In this document: piece after piece, positions 41,086 to 52,214 of the stretch
How the letters are laid out: each line of letters begins with the position of its first letter
Position numbering within the stretch: position 1 is the stretch's first letter
NCBI GenBank assembly: GCA_963674705.1
Contig: OY771506.1
Coordinates: 2,624,001-2,688,000 of the forward strand
Source: Phycisphaeraceae bacterium
GTDB taxonomy: Bacteria > Planctomycetota > Phycisphaerae > Phycisphaerales > Phycisphaeraceae
Reading direction: 5' to 3'
DNA length: 64,000 nt
Notes under the pieces: model-generated
Told to the model about the DNA's origin: nothing
Databases searched by the model: none
The model's input: the letters and a program-made list of their open reading frames with translations, nothing else
Program-made: the position numbers and the translations under genes

Positions 41086-41718
41086 ATGACAAAAAAGCCC
41101 GCAAAACATGTCGATCAGGCATTAGTAACTGCGTGGTTGGACCGTTATAACGAGCTTGAAGCACGTTTGAGCCAACAGCCGGACGGGCAGTGGGCGTGGC
41201 TTTGGCGGGTACGTCGCGACATCTTGTTTTATCTGCTCAGTCAATACGGTCCGAGTGATTGGTCAACTGAGCACCGCAAGCAATCAAGCGAATCGGGGCA
41301 GGATAACGCAGCGACTGAAGAATCCATCTCGAGTTATGTGCAGCAAGCGGCGGACATATCAGCCGGGACCGGCGCGAAGTATCCGCTGCGCGATCAGGGC
41401 GCTTTCCGATCGCGGTTGCATCATCTGCGGTCGATCAACGATAAGGTCCGTGCGGAATATCCGGTTGATATGAATCCCAATATCGGTGTCGATCCGCGTG
41501 CCCTGATTATCCGCACGACTTATCCGGAATCGCCCCGGAGTTATGAGAATAAACGGCATAACGAAGTTCTGCTGGAGGTATTCAGCCGGGAGCTTGAAGG
41601 GATCCGTTCGTATCTGCAAGAGAACGGCCACAGTGTGCCGGAGGATGCACCATTAACCGAGAATGATGTGTTGGCTATTCTGCTTGGCGATGAAGCAAAC
41701 GAAGCCGACAGGGATTGA
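41086..41718 (+). CDS. Hypothetical protein
   Basis: 210-aa ORF filling the gap and ending at a terminator. Confidence 0.65.
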   Translation: MTKKPAKHVDQALVTAWLDRYNELEARLSQQPDGQWAWLWRVRRDILFYLLSQYGPSDWSTEHRKQSSESGQDNAATEESISSYVQQAADISAGTGAKYPLRDQGAFRSRLHHLRSINDKVRAEYPVDMNPNIGVDPRALIIRTTYPESPRSYENKRHNEVLLEVFSRELEGIRSYLQENGHSVPEDAPLTENDVLAILLGDEANEADRD

Positions 41719-41741
41719 TGGTTCGATCTTATATACAACAG

Positions 41742-41773
41742 AAACAGCCCGCCGGTTTATGTCGGCGGGCTGT
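41742..41773. terminator. Terminator hairpin between convergent genes
   Basis: ACAGCCCGCCG...TCGGCGGGCTGT. Confidence 0.7.
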
Positions 41774-41819
41774 AATCGATTTGATCAAACTTGATTGTCG
41801 AATCTGTATCAGAACCAGA

Positions 41820-43856
41820 TTATCTATTACGTCCGGCATTGACCTTGAACTGGCCCACCAGCCGCTGCAACTGTTCAGCCTTATTGCTGAGTTGCGCCGA
41901 GGCGGTGGCCGCCTGGTTGGCGCCTTCAGTCGCTTCTTGTGACACGGCATTGATCGACTGGATGCTGCTGCTGATCTCTTCGGCAGCGGATGACTGCTGC
42001 TCGCTGGCGGCAGCGATCGAACGGATCATCGACGCGACATTGCTTGCGCTGCCGACGATCTGATCAAGCGATTCTCCCGCCTTTTCTGCCAGTTCCACGC
42101 CTGCGCTGACACGTTCCGTGCCGGCACCCATACGTTCGACCGCCAGCTCGGTTTCGCTCTGGATAGCGCTGATGGACTCGCCGATTTCTTCGGTCGCCTT
42201 GGTCGTGCGGTCGGCCAGTTTGCGGACTTCATCCGCGACCACTGCGAAGCCTCTGCCGTGTTCGCCGGCACGCGCTGCTTCGATCGCAGCATTCAGAGCA
42301 AGCAGGTTCGTCTGATCGGCGATGTCGTTGATGACACCGATGATCTGCCCGATCTGCTCGCCACGCTTGCCCAGTTCATTGATCGCCGCGGCCGATTCAT
42401 TGACCACGTCGGCGATGGCCTTCATGCCATCGACTGACTGATCGACGACGCCGCCGCCTGCCTGGGCCTGGGCACCGGCATCTTCAGCGCTCTTGGCGGC
42501 TTCGCCGGCCTTACGCGCCACTTCGGCGACGCTCGCGGACATCTCTTCGATGGCGGCGGAGACCTGTGTCGCCTGTTGCGACTGCTGCTGCATACCGGTT
42601 GCCATCTCCTCGGAACTTGCCGCGATCTCGGTCGACGCCCCGGCTACTTCGTGTGTCGCGGCTGCGACTTCCACGATCAGGTCGTGGATCTTTTGCACGA
42701 ACACATTGAAGCGGTCGGCGAGCTGGCCGGTCTCGTCCTTGCTGTCGATGCTCAGGCGTTGTGTCAGGTCGCCGTCGCCTTGTGAGATTTCATGGATCGC
42801 ATCGGTGACACGTTTGACACCGGCACCGATACGTCGGCCCAGGAACACGGCACAAATGCCTGCGATAACTACGAATATCACGGTAGCCATAATCATGAAG
42901 TTACGTAATCTAATCGCTGCGGCGTTGTATTCATCCGCATAGGAACCGGCGGCAATGATCCAGTCATAAGGCTCATAGTATTCGTAAGCCGTAAACTTCA
43001 GACGGCCTTCCCAATCATATTCAACCCAGCCGCTCTTCTTTTCCTTCATCTCCGTGCAGAAGTCGTACTTGGACAGGTCGGACCCCACCTTTGCGGGGTG
43101 GATGACCAGGACGCCGTCGCCGCGCATGACGTAGACATAACCGGTATCACCCAGCTTGATCGAAGAGATGGCATCGCTCAGTGCGGTGAAGTCGGTGTGG
43201 GGTTTGGCCAGGCCTACCGCCGCCACAATCTTGCCGTCCGAGGAACGGATCGGTGAATAGGCGCCTTCATACAACTCGCCATTGATAAGATTAGTACCCG
43301 TGTAGTCTTTGCCGCTCATGATCTGTTTGTAGACCGGCGAGTTTCGATCGACTGCTGTTCCTGTGATGCGTTTACCGTTCGCATCAAAAATGCTGCTTGA
43401 TGCACGGACCAGGTCACCGTTGGTTACGATGAACAGGGCGGCGCCGCAATCGGTCGATTGGGTGATCGCATCAACCAATTTGTCATTGCCAATCAGTGAC
43501 AGATCACCAATTTTTACTTCGGGCACCGTGTACTGGCCGACCCGCTCGGTTTCGCCCGTCAGTTCAGCGCCGCTGGCCCAGTTGTCCTGGTTGCCGCTTG
43601 ACATCTTCATGTAGCTTTCAGCCAGCGCCAGGTCAGACTTGAGCTTCGATTTAAGCAGCTCATCCTGAGTCGCACATATTGCGCGGGCTTGTGATGCCAC
43701 GTGTTTGAGGTCATCGGCCGCGACATGATTCAGTGCGTTTTGAGCGTGGTACACAGCCAGGATGCTTACCGCGATCACCGGGATGCCCGTCAGGATCGAC
43801 GCCATCACGGCTACCTTCTTTGAGATGCTATTGAATTGTAATATGCCTTTAAACAT
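41820..43856 (-). CDS. Methyl-accepting chemotaxis protein with Cache sensor domains
   Basis: Two [54 protein letters not shown] Cache motif. Confidence 0.95.
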   Translation of the reverse strand: MFKGILQFNSISKKVAVMASILTGIPVIAVSILAVYHAQNALNHVAADDLKHVASQARAICATQDELLKSKLKSDLALAESYMKMSSGNQDNWASGAELTGETERVGQYTVPEVKIGDLSLIGNDKLVDAITQSTDCGAALFIVTNGDLVRASSSIFDANGKRITGTAVDRNSPVYKQIMSGKDYTGTNLINGELYEGAYSPIRSSDGKIVAAVGLAKPHTDFTALSDAISSIKLGDTGYVYVMRGDGVLVIHPAKVGSDLSKYDFCTEMKEKKSGWVEYDWEGRLKFTAYEYYEPYDWIIAAGSYADEYNAAAIRLRNFMIMATVIFVVIAGICAVFLGRRIGAGVKRVTDAIHEISQGDGDLTQRLSIDSKDETGQLADRFNVFVQKIHDLIVEVAAATHEVAGASTEIAASSEEMATGMQQQSQQATQVSAAIEEMSASVAEVARKAGEAAKSAEDAGAQAQAGGGVVDQSVDGMKAIADVVNESAAAINELGKRGEQIGQIIGVINDIADQTNLLALNAAIEAARAGEHGRGFAVVADEVRKLADRTTKATEEIGESISAIQSETELAVERMGAGTERVSAGVELAEKAGESLDQIVGSASNVASMIRSIAAASEQQSSAAEEISSSIQSINAVSQEATEGANQAATASAQLSNKAEQLQRLVGQFKVNAGRNR

Positions 43857-43935
43857 GCTGAGACCCACTCCTATCTGTTGTCGTTATGACAGAATTCTGT
43901 GCCCCACCGGGTCTATACAGAACGTTTTCACTTGG

Positions 43936-45288
43936 TTAGAACAGTAATTGAACCTGTGTCCGTGCCACGATCTGTCCATCTTCATCCGTCGAATCGGTGC
44001 GCCAGCCGGTCAGGTTGCTCGAAAAAGTAGCGGGGACGGGCTCGGTGCCATAGCCGATGTCTGCACTGATCTTGACGCGGTGGCCCTGCACGTAATAGTT
44101 GCCGCCGAGGGTTACGATCCCCAGGTCATCCTGCCCATCGGTTGCCACTTCGAGGTCCGCCCATTCGTACCGGCCGAAGACTTCCAGTTTATCGGTCAGG
44201 AACAGGCCGCCCTGAACCATCACACCGAGACGATCGATCTCGGCCGTGTCGGATTCCTGATGGTCACCGATCACCGCGACGAACACGTTGGCGCCACCCA
44301 GGCCCCACGTGACGTCTGCCGTCCACCGCGTGATGTCGGATGTCTCAGCGGTTGTGCCGTTTTCACCCTTCTGATAATGGGCTGCACCGCCGACGACCAG
44401 CACGGGCTCTTCACCCCGGCTGGACATCCAGTCGCCGTAATCCGCCCACTGTCCATCAACCAGCCACTCGGCACGACCGGTGAACGCGAAGTCGACGTCG
44501 GTAGCGCTCCAGGTTGTGTTAATCCCCCCAAGCCCGTCGTTAAATGACAGCGTCAGGTGGATGTTGTCATTCTTGTAGTCGGCCATGATGCCTTGTGTGT
44601 AGCTGCCGGCCAGCCCGTTGAGCAACGAACGCTCAACCACTTGCTGCGACTTTTCGGAAACCAGCCATTCACGCCACATCGGCACCTTGAACTGACCGGC
44701 GGTCACGGACCAGCCGTTATCGAAGACCTTGGTGATGTAAGCATCCAGCAGCAGATCGCCGCCGGCGTTGCTGTGGCCGGTCCAGATCACGTACTTCCAC
44801 GTGGGATCAATCACATTACCAATGAACCCGTAGCGGATACGTGAAGCCTCGAAGCCGCTGACCTCGTCGTCGGTCGGGGATTGATCCTGCGTGTTAAACA
44901 CGTGCCGGATCTGGAGCATGCCGGCGACCTTCAGCAGGAATGCGCCGTCTTGCGATCGGATGTAGAAGTTCTTGCCGTCATGCCCGGCGGTAACGCCTTC
45001 ATCTAACAGGTTTGCCCTGGCGTCGGCATCCGAGAGCACTTCGCGGATCAGGCCCTTGACCTCTTCCGCCCGCCGCGCGTCCAGCCAATCGCCGTCGTTG
45101 ACAGCCATGCGGCTAATCATGGCTTGTTGCTTTTCAAGTAGCGCCTGTTGTGCTTCGATCTGCTGACCTTGTTCCGCGATCATCTGTCGCAGCTCATTGA
45201 TGTCTGCATTGCTTGAAGTGGTTTGGGCCTGTGTTGTCGCGCCGAACGCGAAAACGGTAGCCACCAATAGTTTGCCAAATGTATACAT
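43936..45288 (-). CDS. Outer-membrane porin (OprO/OprP-like, planctomycete type)
   Basis: Signal peptide, coiled coil, LLDAYI, GQFKVP, GRYE and terminal QVQLLF. Confidence 0.85.
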   Translation of the reverse strand: MYTFGKLLVATVFAFGATTQAQTTSSNADINELRQMIAEQGQQIEAQQALLEKQQAMISRMAVNDGDWLDARRAEEVKGLIREVLSDADARANLLDEGVTAGHDGKNFYIRSQDGAFLLKVAGMLQIRHVFNTQDQSPTDDEVSGFEASRIRYGFIGNVIDPTWKYVIWTGHSNAGGDLLLDAYITKVFDNGWSVTAGQFKVPMWREWLVSEKSQQVVERSLLNGLAGSYTQGIMADYKNDNIHLTLSFNDGLGGINTTWSATDVDFAFTGRAEWLVDGQWADYGDWMSSRGEEPVLVVGGAAHYQKGENGTTAETSDITRWTADVTWGLGGANVFVAVIGDHQESDTAEIDRLGVMVQGGLFLTDKLEVFGRYEWADLEVATDGQDDLGIVTLGGNYYVQGHRVKISADIGYGTEPVPATFSSNLTGWRTDSTDEDGQIVARTQVQLLF

Positions 45289-45927
45289 GTTGCCTCCACT
45301 GTTGTTACCCGATCCACTTTTGTGGAACTAGGTATTTCCAGTAGATCGCATCTTTTTTAGGCGTGATTAATCATCTTTAACACTCGCAGCCTCATCCGGT
45401 GATGATTGCTGTACCGTTCGTAACGATTACGGTCATTAGTTTGCATACCGTTATAAATGTAAGTATTTAGTAATGCCAAGCATGCGACAATATCTGACGT
45501 TGACAATATGCCGATAATTAATCAGGTTAATCACGTATGTTTTGATTGAAAAAAACGTCCCAATAACTTGGTTACTCTGCGGTCAGCGCACGCGCCAACA
45601 TCACTCCCACCGGCCAAGAGCAGTAGCATCCCCGTCTATTCAGGCTCCTGGTTAATAACAAATAACTAACAAAACAGTTTAACCTCTTTTTAATCAGATT
45701 GGGTTTTCCCCGTCAAGTCCATCGGGCATGTATCCGATGCTGCGCAATGCCTGACTTTTGTCATGCAATACAGGCGTTACATAGTGACGCGCTGGTGTTG
45801 GCCCATTTCGTTCAGGGACTCAACCATTCATATTGCAGGTGTGATTCGTGACTAATTGGTCAGTTTTTTTATTGCCGTAACCCTCTATTAAGTAGTTTGT
45901 CCAGCTTCATGACCCAGGAGAACTAAC

Positions 45928-47118
45928 ATGCGATCAATGACGAAGTGGTGTGCTGCCTTTCTTGCGATGACGATGGTGGGTACGGCTACGTCCGATATCC
46001 ACGCGGAAAATGGTGTGACGGATTCAAAGATCATCCTCGGCCAGTCTTGTGCCTTGAAGGGCCCCGCGGCGGGCTTGGGGCAGGGGATGTCGACCGGATT
46101 GAATGTTTACTTCGATAAGGTAAACGCCGCCGGTGGTGTAAACGGCCGCACGATCGAACTGAAGAGCCTCAACGACGGCTATGAACCGGATCGTGCTGAG
46201 CAGACAACGAAGATGTTGATCGAGAACGTCAAAGTCTTCGCACTGATCGGAGAAGTTGGCACACCCACATCCTCGGTGGCGGTCCCCATCGCCGAAGCGG
46301 CCGGTGTCCCATTTATCGGCCCATTCACGGGCGCCGAATTCTTACGTAATCCATATAAGCCTCTGGTCGTCAATGTGCGTGGCAGTTACTACCAGGAGAT
46401 GGAACGTCTGGCGCAGTACCTGGTGGATGAAAAAGGTCTGGATAAGATCGCCTGCTTCTACCAGGATGACGGCTACGGCCGCGCGGGACTCAGCGGGATC
46501 AATATCGCTTTAGAGAAGCGTGGATTGAAGCTTGTGGCCGAGGGCACGTATAAGCGGAACACGACCGCGATCAATGAAGGCCTCAGTGCGATCGAAGGCA
46601 GTCAGCCGCAGGCCGTTGTCATGGTTGGTGCGTACAAGCCCTGTGCTGAATTCATCAAGTCCGCCAAGACCAATGCGAACCTCAAGGATGCATACTTCTG
46701 CAATATCTCCTTCGTGGGAACCAAGAATCTGGTCTCAGAACTCGGCGATGCCGGCGACGATAAGTGTCTGATTTCGCAGGTCGTGCCTTATCCCTGGGAC
46801 GAGAGCAACGGCTTGGTCAAGGAATACACCGAAGCGATGAAAGCGGCCGGTAAGGCCGACGACATCGGCTTCATTTCGCTGGAAGGCTATATGGTTGCCA
46901 AGTTCTTCACGGAGGCGATGAAGAAGGTTGATGGTGAGCCGACCCGTGAAAAATGGCTTGCGGCCGTAAGTGAAACAGGCACATTCGACCTCGGCGGTAC
47001 CGTTCTGGAATTTGGCGCTTCGGACAACCAGGGCATGGACAAGGTGTTCCTGTCGCAGGTGTCCGGCGGCAAGGCGATACCTCTGGGCTCAGATAGCTCC
47101 GTAGCAACTGCAGAATAA
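45928..47118 (+). CDS. Periplasmic binding protein, type 1 (LivJ/K-like)
   Basis: ILGQS..L.GP, NAAGGVNGRTIEL..DGYEP, VGTPTS and YQDDGYG. Confidence 0.92.
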   Translation: MRSMTKWCAAFLAMTMVGTATSDIHAENGVTDSKIILGQSCALKGPAAGLGQGMSTGLNVYFDKVNAAGGVNGRTIELKSLNDGYEPDRAEQTTKMLIENVKVFALIGEVGTPTSSVAVPIAEAAGVPFIGPFTGAEFLRNPYKPLVVNVRGSYYQEMERLAQYLVDEKGLDKIACFYQDDGYGRAGLSGINIALEKRGLKLVAEGTYKRNTTAINEGLSAIEGSQPQAVVMVGAYKPCAEFIKSAKTNANLKDAYFCNISFVGTKNLVSELGDAGDDKCLISQVVPYPWDESNGLVKEYTEAMKAAGKADDIGFISLEGYMVAKFFTEAMKKVDGEPTREKWLAAVSETGTFDLGGTVLEFGASDNQGMDKVFLSQVSGGKAIPLGSDSSVATAE

Positions 47119-47250
47119 ACCTACGATCCCTGGCGGTGGGTGACAGTCCATCGCCAGGATTTCCCTCCTGTATTGATTATGTGTTGTGTGAATGGACCGG
47201 TGTGATTCAGGAGCATGTGCCGGATCACGCGTAACTCGGAGGTAGCACAC

Positions 47251-49353
47251 ATGGCGCTGATTCATGTCCATTCGATACGTCAGAAGATCACGATCCTCTG
47301 TGGATTATTTCTGGTTCTGACCGTTGCTTCGATTGTCACGTACTCCGCGATATCAGTCCGAAAGTCTGCAATCGAGAACGCGAAGAACCAGGCTTTAGCA
47401 ACCGCCCACGAGCAGGCCGCCAGTGTCCGTGGCGAATTGGATGAAGCGCTCGACTCCGCCAAGACACTTGCCAGTACACTCTCGGCGGTAAAGGACGAGA
47501 ACGTACAGCTTGACATCACGCGAGAGGCGGTCAACGGCATCCTGCGCATCATTCTGGAATCCAACCCACGCTTTGTTGGCGTCTATACATGCTGGGAACC
47601 GGATCGTTTTGATGAAATGGATGTCGGGTTCGCTGATACCGATGGCCACGATGCGTCGGGACGGCTCATTCCCTACTGGTATCGTGATGCCGATGGGTCG
47701 TCCGTATCGCGCCCACTCGTTGGTTACGACAATGAACAGGCTGATGGTGAAGGCAAACGACCCGGCGATTACTACCTGATCCCCAAGCAGACGATGCAGG
47801 CCTGTATCCTGAATCCGCAGTTGCGAGAGGTTGAAGCAGATGGCCAGCGGTTGATCCTGCCGCTGTCGGTGCCGATTATTGCCAACGATACGTTCCACGC
47901 AACCGTCGGTATCGACCTGGCGATGGATCAATTGCAGAAGCATGCTGACGCCTTGGATATCTACAACCATTCGGCACAAATATTCGTATTCAGCCAGGAC
48001 GGCACGCTTATCTCCGCGACCGGTTCGCCGAACAAGGTTGGCCAAAAGCTGGCCACGGTTTTTGAAGACGCACCCCAGGTTATCGATCAAGTGCAGCGCG
48101 ATGAACAAAGCGCTGAGTTCGTTGGTGATTGGCTGCGCGTCACGGTCCCGATCGACATGGACCAGGCCGCGGACAACTGGGGTATTGTCATCCGGATCCC
48201 GCAGTCAAACATCCTGGCAGATGCCTCCAGCATGATGTGGATGCAGGTCTGGTTGGGGGTTGGTTGTGTGGCCGTGACAATTGTCCTGTTATGGTTGGCC
48301 GCTACGTCAATCACCCGCCCGATCCGCCGCATCAATGAGTTGCTTAAGGATATCGCTCAAGGCGAAGGCGATTTGACACGGAGGCTGGCGGTTAATTCCA
48401 ACGACGAGATCGGCGAGCAGGCCAAGTGGTTCAACACGTTCGTACAGAAGATCCATGATGTAATAGTTGAGGTGACACGCTCTGCGGACGAGGTTGTCCA
48501 AAGCGCTACCCGTATTGCCGCATCCAGCAGCGGGACCGCGGAGCAGATGCGCGCCCAGGCCAATCAGGTTCAAAGTGTTGCGTCCGCGATCGAGGAGATG
48601 GCGGCGTCCGTCGAAGAGGTCGCGAAGAAGTCAACCGAGGCAACAGAAACCGCGCAGCTTTCACGTGACAAAGCCGCGGCCGGTGGTGATATCGTCGGTG
48701 AGACGGTTCAGAGCATCAAGTCTATTTCTGCAAGTGTGGAGGAATCCGCCCTTGCGATTAACGAACTCGGTAAGCGCGGCGATCAGATAGGCCAGATCAT
48801 CGGGGTGATTAACGATATCGCCGATCAGACCAACCTCCTTGCATTGAACGCTGCGATCGAAGCGGCCCGCGCCGGTGAGTACGGAAGGGGCTTCGCTGTG
48901 GTCGCGGATGAGGTCCGCAAGCTCGCCGATCGCACGACAGCCGCGACGGCGGAGGTCGCGGATTCCATCAGTGCCATCCAGGACGAAACCAGCAAAGCGG
49001 TACAGCGCATGAATACCGGCTCCGAATGCGTGGAACACGGCGTCGGTATGGCGGAAAACGCCGGACAATCACTCAGTGAAATCGTCTCCGGCTCCGATAC
49101 GGTCTTGAATATGATCCGTTCAATCGCCTCTGCCACTGAGCAGCAGTCGGCCACCGCCACGGATATCACGACGAATGTCGAATCAATCAACAACCTGATC
49201 GGTAAATCCACCGACGCCACGGTCTCGTCTGCCATGGAAGCCGACGAAATGAGTTCCAAGGCACAGCACCTTCAGCAACTCGTCAGCCAGTTCAAGGTCG
49301 ACAACAGCCGGAATACAGGTGGAAGCACGTTCGAATCAGAAGCCGCCGATTGA
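47251..49353 (+). CDS. Methyl-accepting chemotaxis protein with dCache domain
   Basis: Two TM, WEPD.FD...GRLIPYW, HAMP and conserved signalling hairpin. Confidence 0.95.
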   Translation: MALIHVHSIRQKITILCGLFLVLTVASIVTYSAISVRKSAIENAKNQALATAHEQAASVRGELDEALDSAKTLASTLSAVKDENVQLDITREAVNGILRIILESNPRFVGVYTCWEPDRFDEMDVGFADTDGHDASGRLIPYWYRDADGSSVSRPLVGYDNEQADGEGKRPGDYYLIPKQTMQACILNPQLREVEADGQRLILPLSVPIIANDTFHATVGIDLAMDQLQKHADALDIYNHSAQIFVFSQDGTLISATGSPNKVGQKLATVFEDAPQVIDQVQRDEQSAEFVGDWLRVTVPIDMDQAADNWGIVIRIPQSNILADASSMMWMQVWLGVGCVAVTIVLLWLAATSITRPIRRINELLKDIAQGEGDLTRRLAVNSNDEIGEQAKWFNTFVQKIHDVIVEVTRSADEVVQSATRIAASSSGTAEQMRAQANQVQSVASAIEEMAASVEEVAKKSTEATETAQLSRDKAAAGGDIVGETVQSIKSISASVEESALAINELGKRGDQIGQIIGVINDIADQTNLLALNAAIEAARAGEYGRGFAVVADEVRKLADRTTAATAEVADSISAIQDETSKAVQRMNTGSECVEHGVGMAENAGQSLSEIVSGSDTVLNMIRSIASATEQQSATATDITTNVESINNLIGKSTDATVSSAMEADEMSSKAQHLQQLVSQFKVDNSRNTGGSTFESEAAD

Positions 49354-49416
49354 TGCTAAAAATCCGGGATGCAAGGGGGGGGTTCTGCTACTCGATCCCG
49401 GCTGCCAGACAGTGAA

Positions 49417-49490
49417 TGGGCGATATAGGACTCGAACCTACGACCTCACGGGTGTGATCCGTGCGCTCTAGCCAACTGAGCTAATCGCCC
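49417..49490 (-). tRNA. tRNA-Val(CAC), CCA not encoded
   Basis: GGGCGATTAGCTCAGTTGGCTAGAGCG CACGG ATCACAC CCGTG AGGTCGTAGGTTCGAGTCCTATATCGCCCA folds as a cloverleaf. Confidence 0.95.
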
Positions 49491-49571
49491 TGCGGGGCAG
49501 GGTTAGGCTGCCGAATACGAAACGATAACCGATCGTGGGTTCTGGTCAAGTAGGGGGGTAGGGCTGCCGGC

Positions 49572-50639
49572 TTATTCAGCGGTGGCCAGGACGACCAGGT
49601 CGTCGGCTTCGAAGCCCAGACGGACGTTGGGGTTGCTGATGCGGTGGGAGCGTCGACGGGTTTCATCGACCTGGATTTTGACCTCGTCGCCGAAGCGGAA
49701 GTCGTGCCGCAGGCCTCCGCCGCGGAAGATCGTTTCGCAGTGGATGCCGTCTACCATATTCGCTGCCTGGTCCGATCCATCCAGTAGCCTGATGCGTTCC
49801 GGGCGGATCATGCAGGTGACCTTGTCGTTTTTCTTGTGTCCGTTCATGGATGCACGCAGGTGTCCCAACGGCGTGGAAACGGTCGTCCCATCCGGGCCGC
49901 TTTCCTGAACGACGCCGCAGACAAAGTTCGCCGAGCCGAGGAAGTCGGCGACGAAGTGATTGACCGGCCGATCGTAAACCTCTTCCGGCGGGCCACACTG
50001 AATGATCCTGCCCTTATCCATCACCGCGATGCGGTCGGCCATGGAAAGCGCTTCTTCCTGGTCGTGCGTGACATAAACGCTTGTTGTGTTCGTGGTCTTG
50101 CAGACCTGACGGATGCCGGAACGCATCTCGGTACGCAGCTTGGCATCGAGGTTGGATAGCGGTTCGTCCAGTAGTAGTACATCCGGGTTCACCACCAACG
50201 CACGTGCGAGCGCGACGCGCTGCTGCTGACCGCCGGAGAGTTGTCCGGGCTTGCGGTCGGCCAGGTGATCGATCTGTACGGTCTTCATGATCTCGTCGAC
50301 GCGCTGCTTCTTTTCGTCCGCTGCGACCTTCTTGGCATCGAGACCGAAGCCGACGTTCTGACGGATGGTCATGTGAGGCCAAAGCGCGTAGTTCTGAAAG
50401 ACCATGGCGCAGTTGCGTTGGCCTGAGGGCATGCGGGTGACGTCGAGGTCCCCGAACAGCAGCTTTCCGCTGGTAGGTTCAAGCAGACCGGCGATCATTC
50501 TTAATAGCGTCGTTTTCCCGCAGCCGGAAGGCCCGAGCAGGAAGAACAATTCGCCCGGCTCGATACGCACATCAGCGTGATCCACCGCGTGCATGTGGCC
50601 GTAACTTTTCGTCAATTTTTCAGTGATGATGGGTATCAT
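49572..50639 (-). CDS. ABC transporter ATP-binding protein (Fe3+/polyamine class)
   Basis: GPSGCGKTT, LSGGQQQRVALARA, LLLDEPLSNLD, VTHDQEEA and TOBE. Confidence 0.95.
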   Translation of the reverse strand: MIPIITEKLTKSYGHMHAVDHADVRIEPGELFFLLGPSGCGKTTLLRMIAGLLEPTSGKLLFGDLDVTRMPSGQRNCAMVFQNYALWPHMTIRQNVGFGLDAKKVAADEKKQRVDEIMKTVQIDHLADRKPGQLSGGQQQRVALARALVVNPDVLLLDEPLSNLDAKLRTEMRSGIRQVCKTTNTTSVYVTHDQEEALSMADRIAVMDKGRIIQCGPPEEVYDRPVNHFVADFLGSANFVCGVVQESGPDGTTVSTPLGHLRASMNGHKKNDKVTCMIRPERIRLLDGSDQAANMVDGIHCETIFRGGGLRHDFRFGDEVKIQVDETRRRSHRISNPNVRLGFEADDLVVLATAE

Positions 50640-50765
50640 TTCAGCGGATATTGTAGCCCCGAGGCGGAGCGCGCACATGCGTTGAATTGTTAATGTTTGG
50701 TTAGCAAAACGTGAGTGGATACGGCAAGTCGCAGGACGACGATATCTTGTTCCACGAAAACGTAA

Positions 50766-52214
50766 ATGAGCAAAATACTTCCTCAAGTGTTGGTGCTGTC
50801 GTTGCTGGCTCTGCTGATCGGAGCTCCGGTGCTGTGGCGTCCGGCGGAGTCAGTGCCGGCTGCGGATGCCAAGCGGTTGGTCATCTTTACGCCGCACAAC
50901 GAGCAGATACGCCAGGAACTCAGTGTTGCTTTTAATGATTGGCATATCGAGCATTACAACCAGCCGGTCGAGATCCAGTGGCGCGTCGGTGGTAGTGGTG
51001 AGATCCAGCGCATCCTTTTGAGCCAGTACCAGGCGGAGCTTGAGCAGGCTATCGCCCTGGGGCGGGATATTGAGCCGGTCGGGTATGACATCGTCTTGGG
51101 CGGCGGTGACTACATGTTTGACAAGTACTTCCGGCGCGTCGGGGTGGAGGTGGAAAATCCTGACGATCCGGAAAACCCCTATCACGCTTCTGTGACTCAG
51201 CCGATTGAGTTGCCTGAAGATCTGATTGAACGCGTCTACGGTGACGGAATGATCGCCGATGCAAGGACGTATGATCCGAACGGCCATTGGTGGGGGGTGA
51301 TCCTCAGCAGCTTCGGGATCGTCTACAACAACGATGCGGTCGAATCCATCGGGACCGGCACGCCAAGCGGCTGGAGCGACCTTGCGGATGAGCGTTACTT
51401 CCGCTGGCTGGCGATGGCGGACCCATCGTACTCCGGGTCGGTACGTGTGACGTATAACGCCATATTGCAAAGAGTTGGGTACGAGGAAGGCTGGCAGATC
51501 CTGCGCCGGATGTTTGCCAATTCCCGTTACTTCGCCACCTCCTCGACGAAGATACCGCTGGATGTGTCGGCGGGTGACGCGGCGGCGGGCGTGTGTATCG
51601 ACTACTACGGTCGATGGCAGGCTCAGTCGGTGGGGCACAACCGCGTTGGATTCATAGCGCCTGCTGATACAACAGTTTACGCGTGCGACCCGGTGGCGGT
51701 GCTCAACGGCGTCAAGGGCGAGCGGCTGGAATTATCGAAGCATTTTATTGAATTCTTGCTGTCTTACGAAGGTCAGGCCCTGTGGAACTTCAAAGCAGGT
51801 GACCCGGATGGGCCGCTGCATTACGAACTGAGGCGCCCCCCGGTCAGCCACCAGTTGTACACGCCGGAACTGATGGCTCGCATGGTCGACCCGGTGAACT
51901 ACTACGACATGGCCCGTCCGCTCAAGGATGGGACGCCGAATTACATGGGGTCTGTTTCCGTGGTGCTGCACGCGATGGCGATCGACACGCATGACGATCT
52001 GGTCGCCGCATGGCGTACGATCATGGCTGAACAGGACCCTGTGCGCAAGCAAGCGATGCTGGATGTTTTGGATCAGATGCCGTTTACCCAGGAAGAGTTG
52101 GCAGCGAGGCCCGACGCATGGGATCAGGATTCCGATCTGCGTGAACTGGACCGGATCGCGTGGACGCGGTTTTTCGCTAAGCAGTACAAGCGGATCGTGG
52201 AGGGTGACATTTGA
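50766..52214 (+). CDS. ABC transporter substrate-binding protein (Fe3+ class)
   Basis: IFTPHNEQIR, FGIVYN, W.DLAD, ADPSYSGS and IDYYG. Confidence 0.88.
   Translation: MSKILPQVLVLSLLALLIGAPVLWRPAESVPAADAKRLVIFTPHNEQIRQELSVAFNDWHIEHYNQPVEIQWRVGGSGEIQRILLSQYQAELEQAIALGRDIEPVGYDIVLGGGDYMFDKYFRRVGVEVENPDDPENPYHASVTQPIELPEDLIERVYGDGMIADARTYDPNGHWWGVILSSFGIVYNNDAVESIGTGTPSGWSDLADERYFRWLAMADPSYSGSVRVTYNAILQRVGYEEGWQILRRMFANSRYFATSSTKIPLDVSAGDAAAGVCIDYYGRWQAQSVGHNRVGFIAPADTTVYACDPVAVLNGVKGERLELSKHFIEFLLSYEGQALWNFKAGDPDGPLHYELRRPPVSHQLYTPELMARMVDPVNYYDMARPLKDGTPNYMGSVSVVLHAMAIDTHDDLVAAWRTIMAEQDPVRKQAMLDVLDQMPFTQEELAARPDAWDQDSDLRELDRIAWTRFFAKQYKRIVEGDI

Noticed and set aside
45289..45927. Riboswitch (c-di-GMP, cobalamin) in the long intergenic region
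   Set aside because: No recognisable conserved core motifs by eye; an Rfam scan would be needed to exclude it fully.
49353..49417. tRNA-anchored genomic island
   Set aside because: No integrase, and no duplicate of the tRNA 3' end was found in the window.
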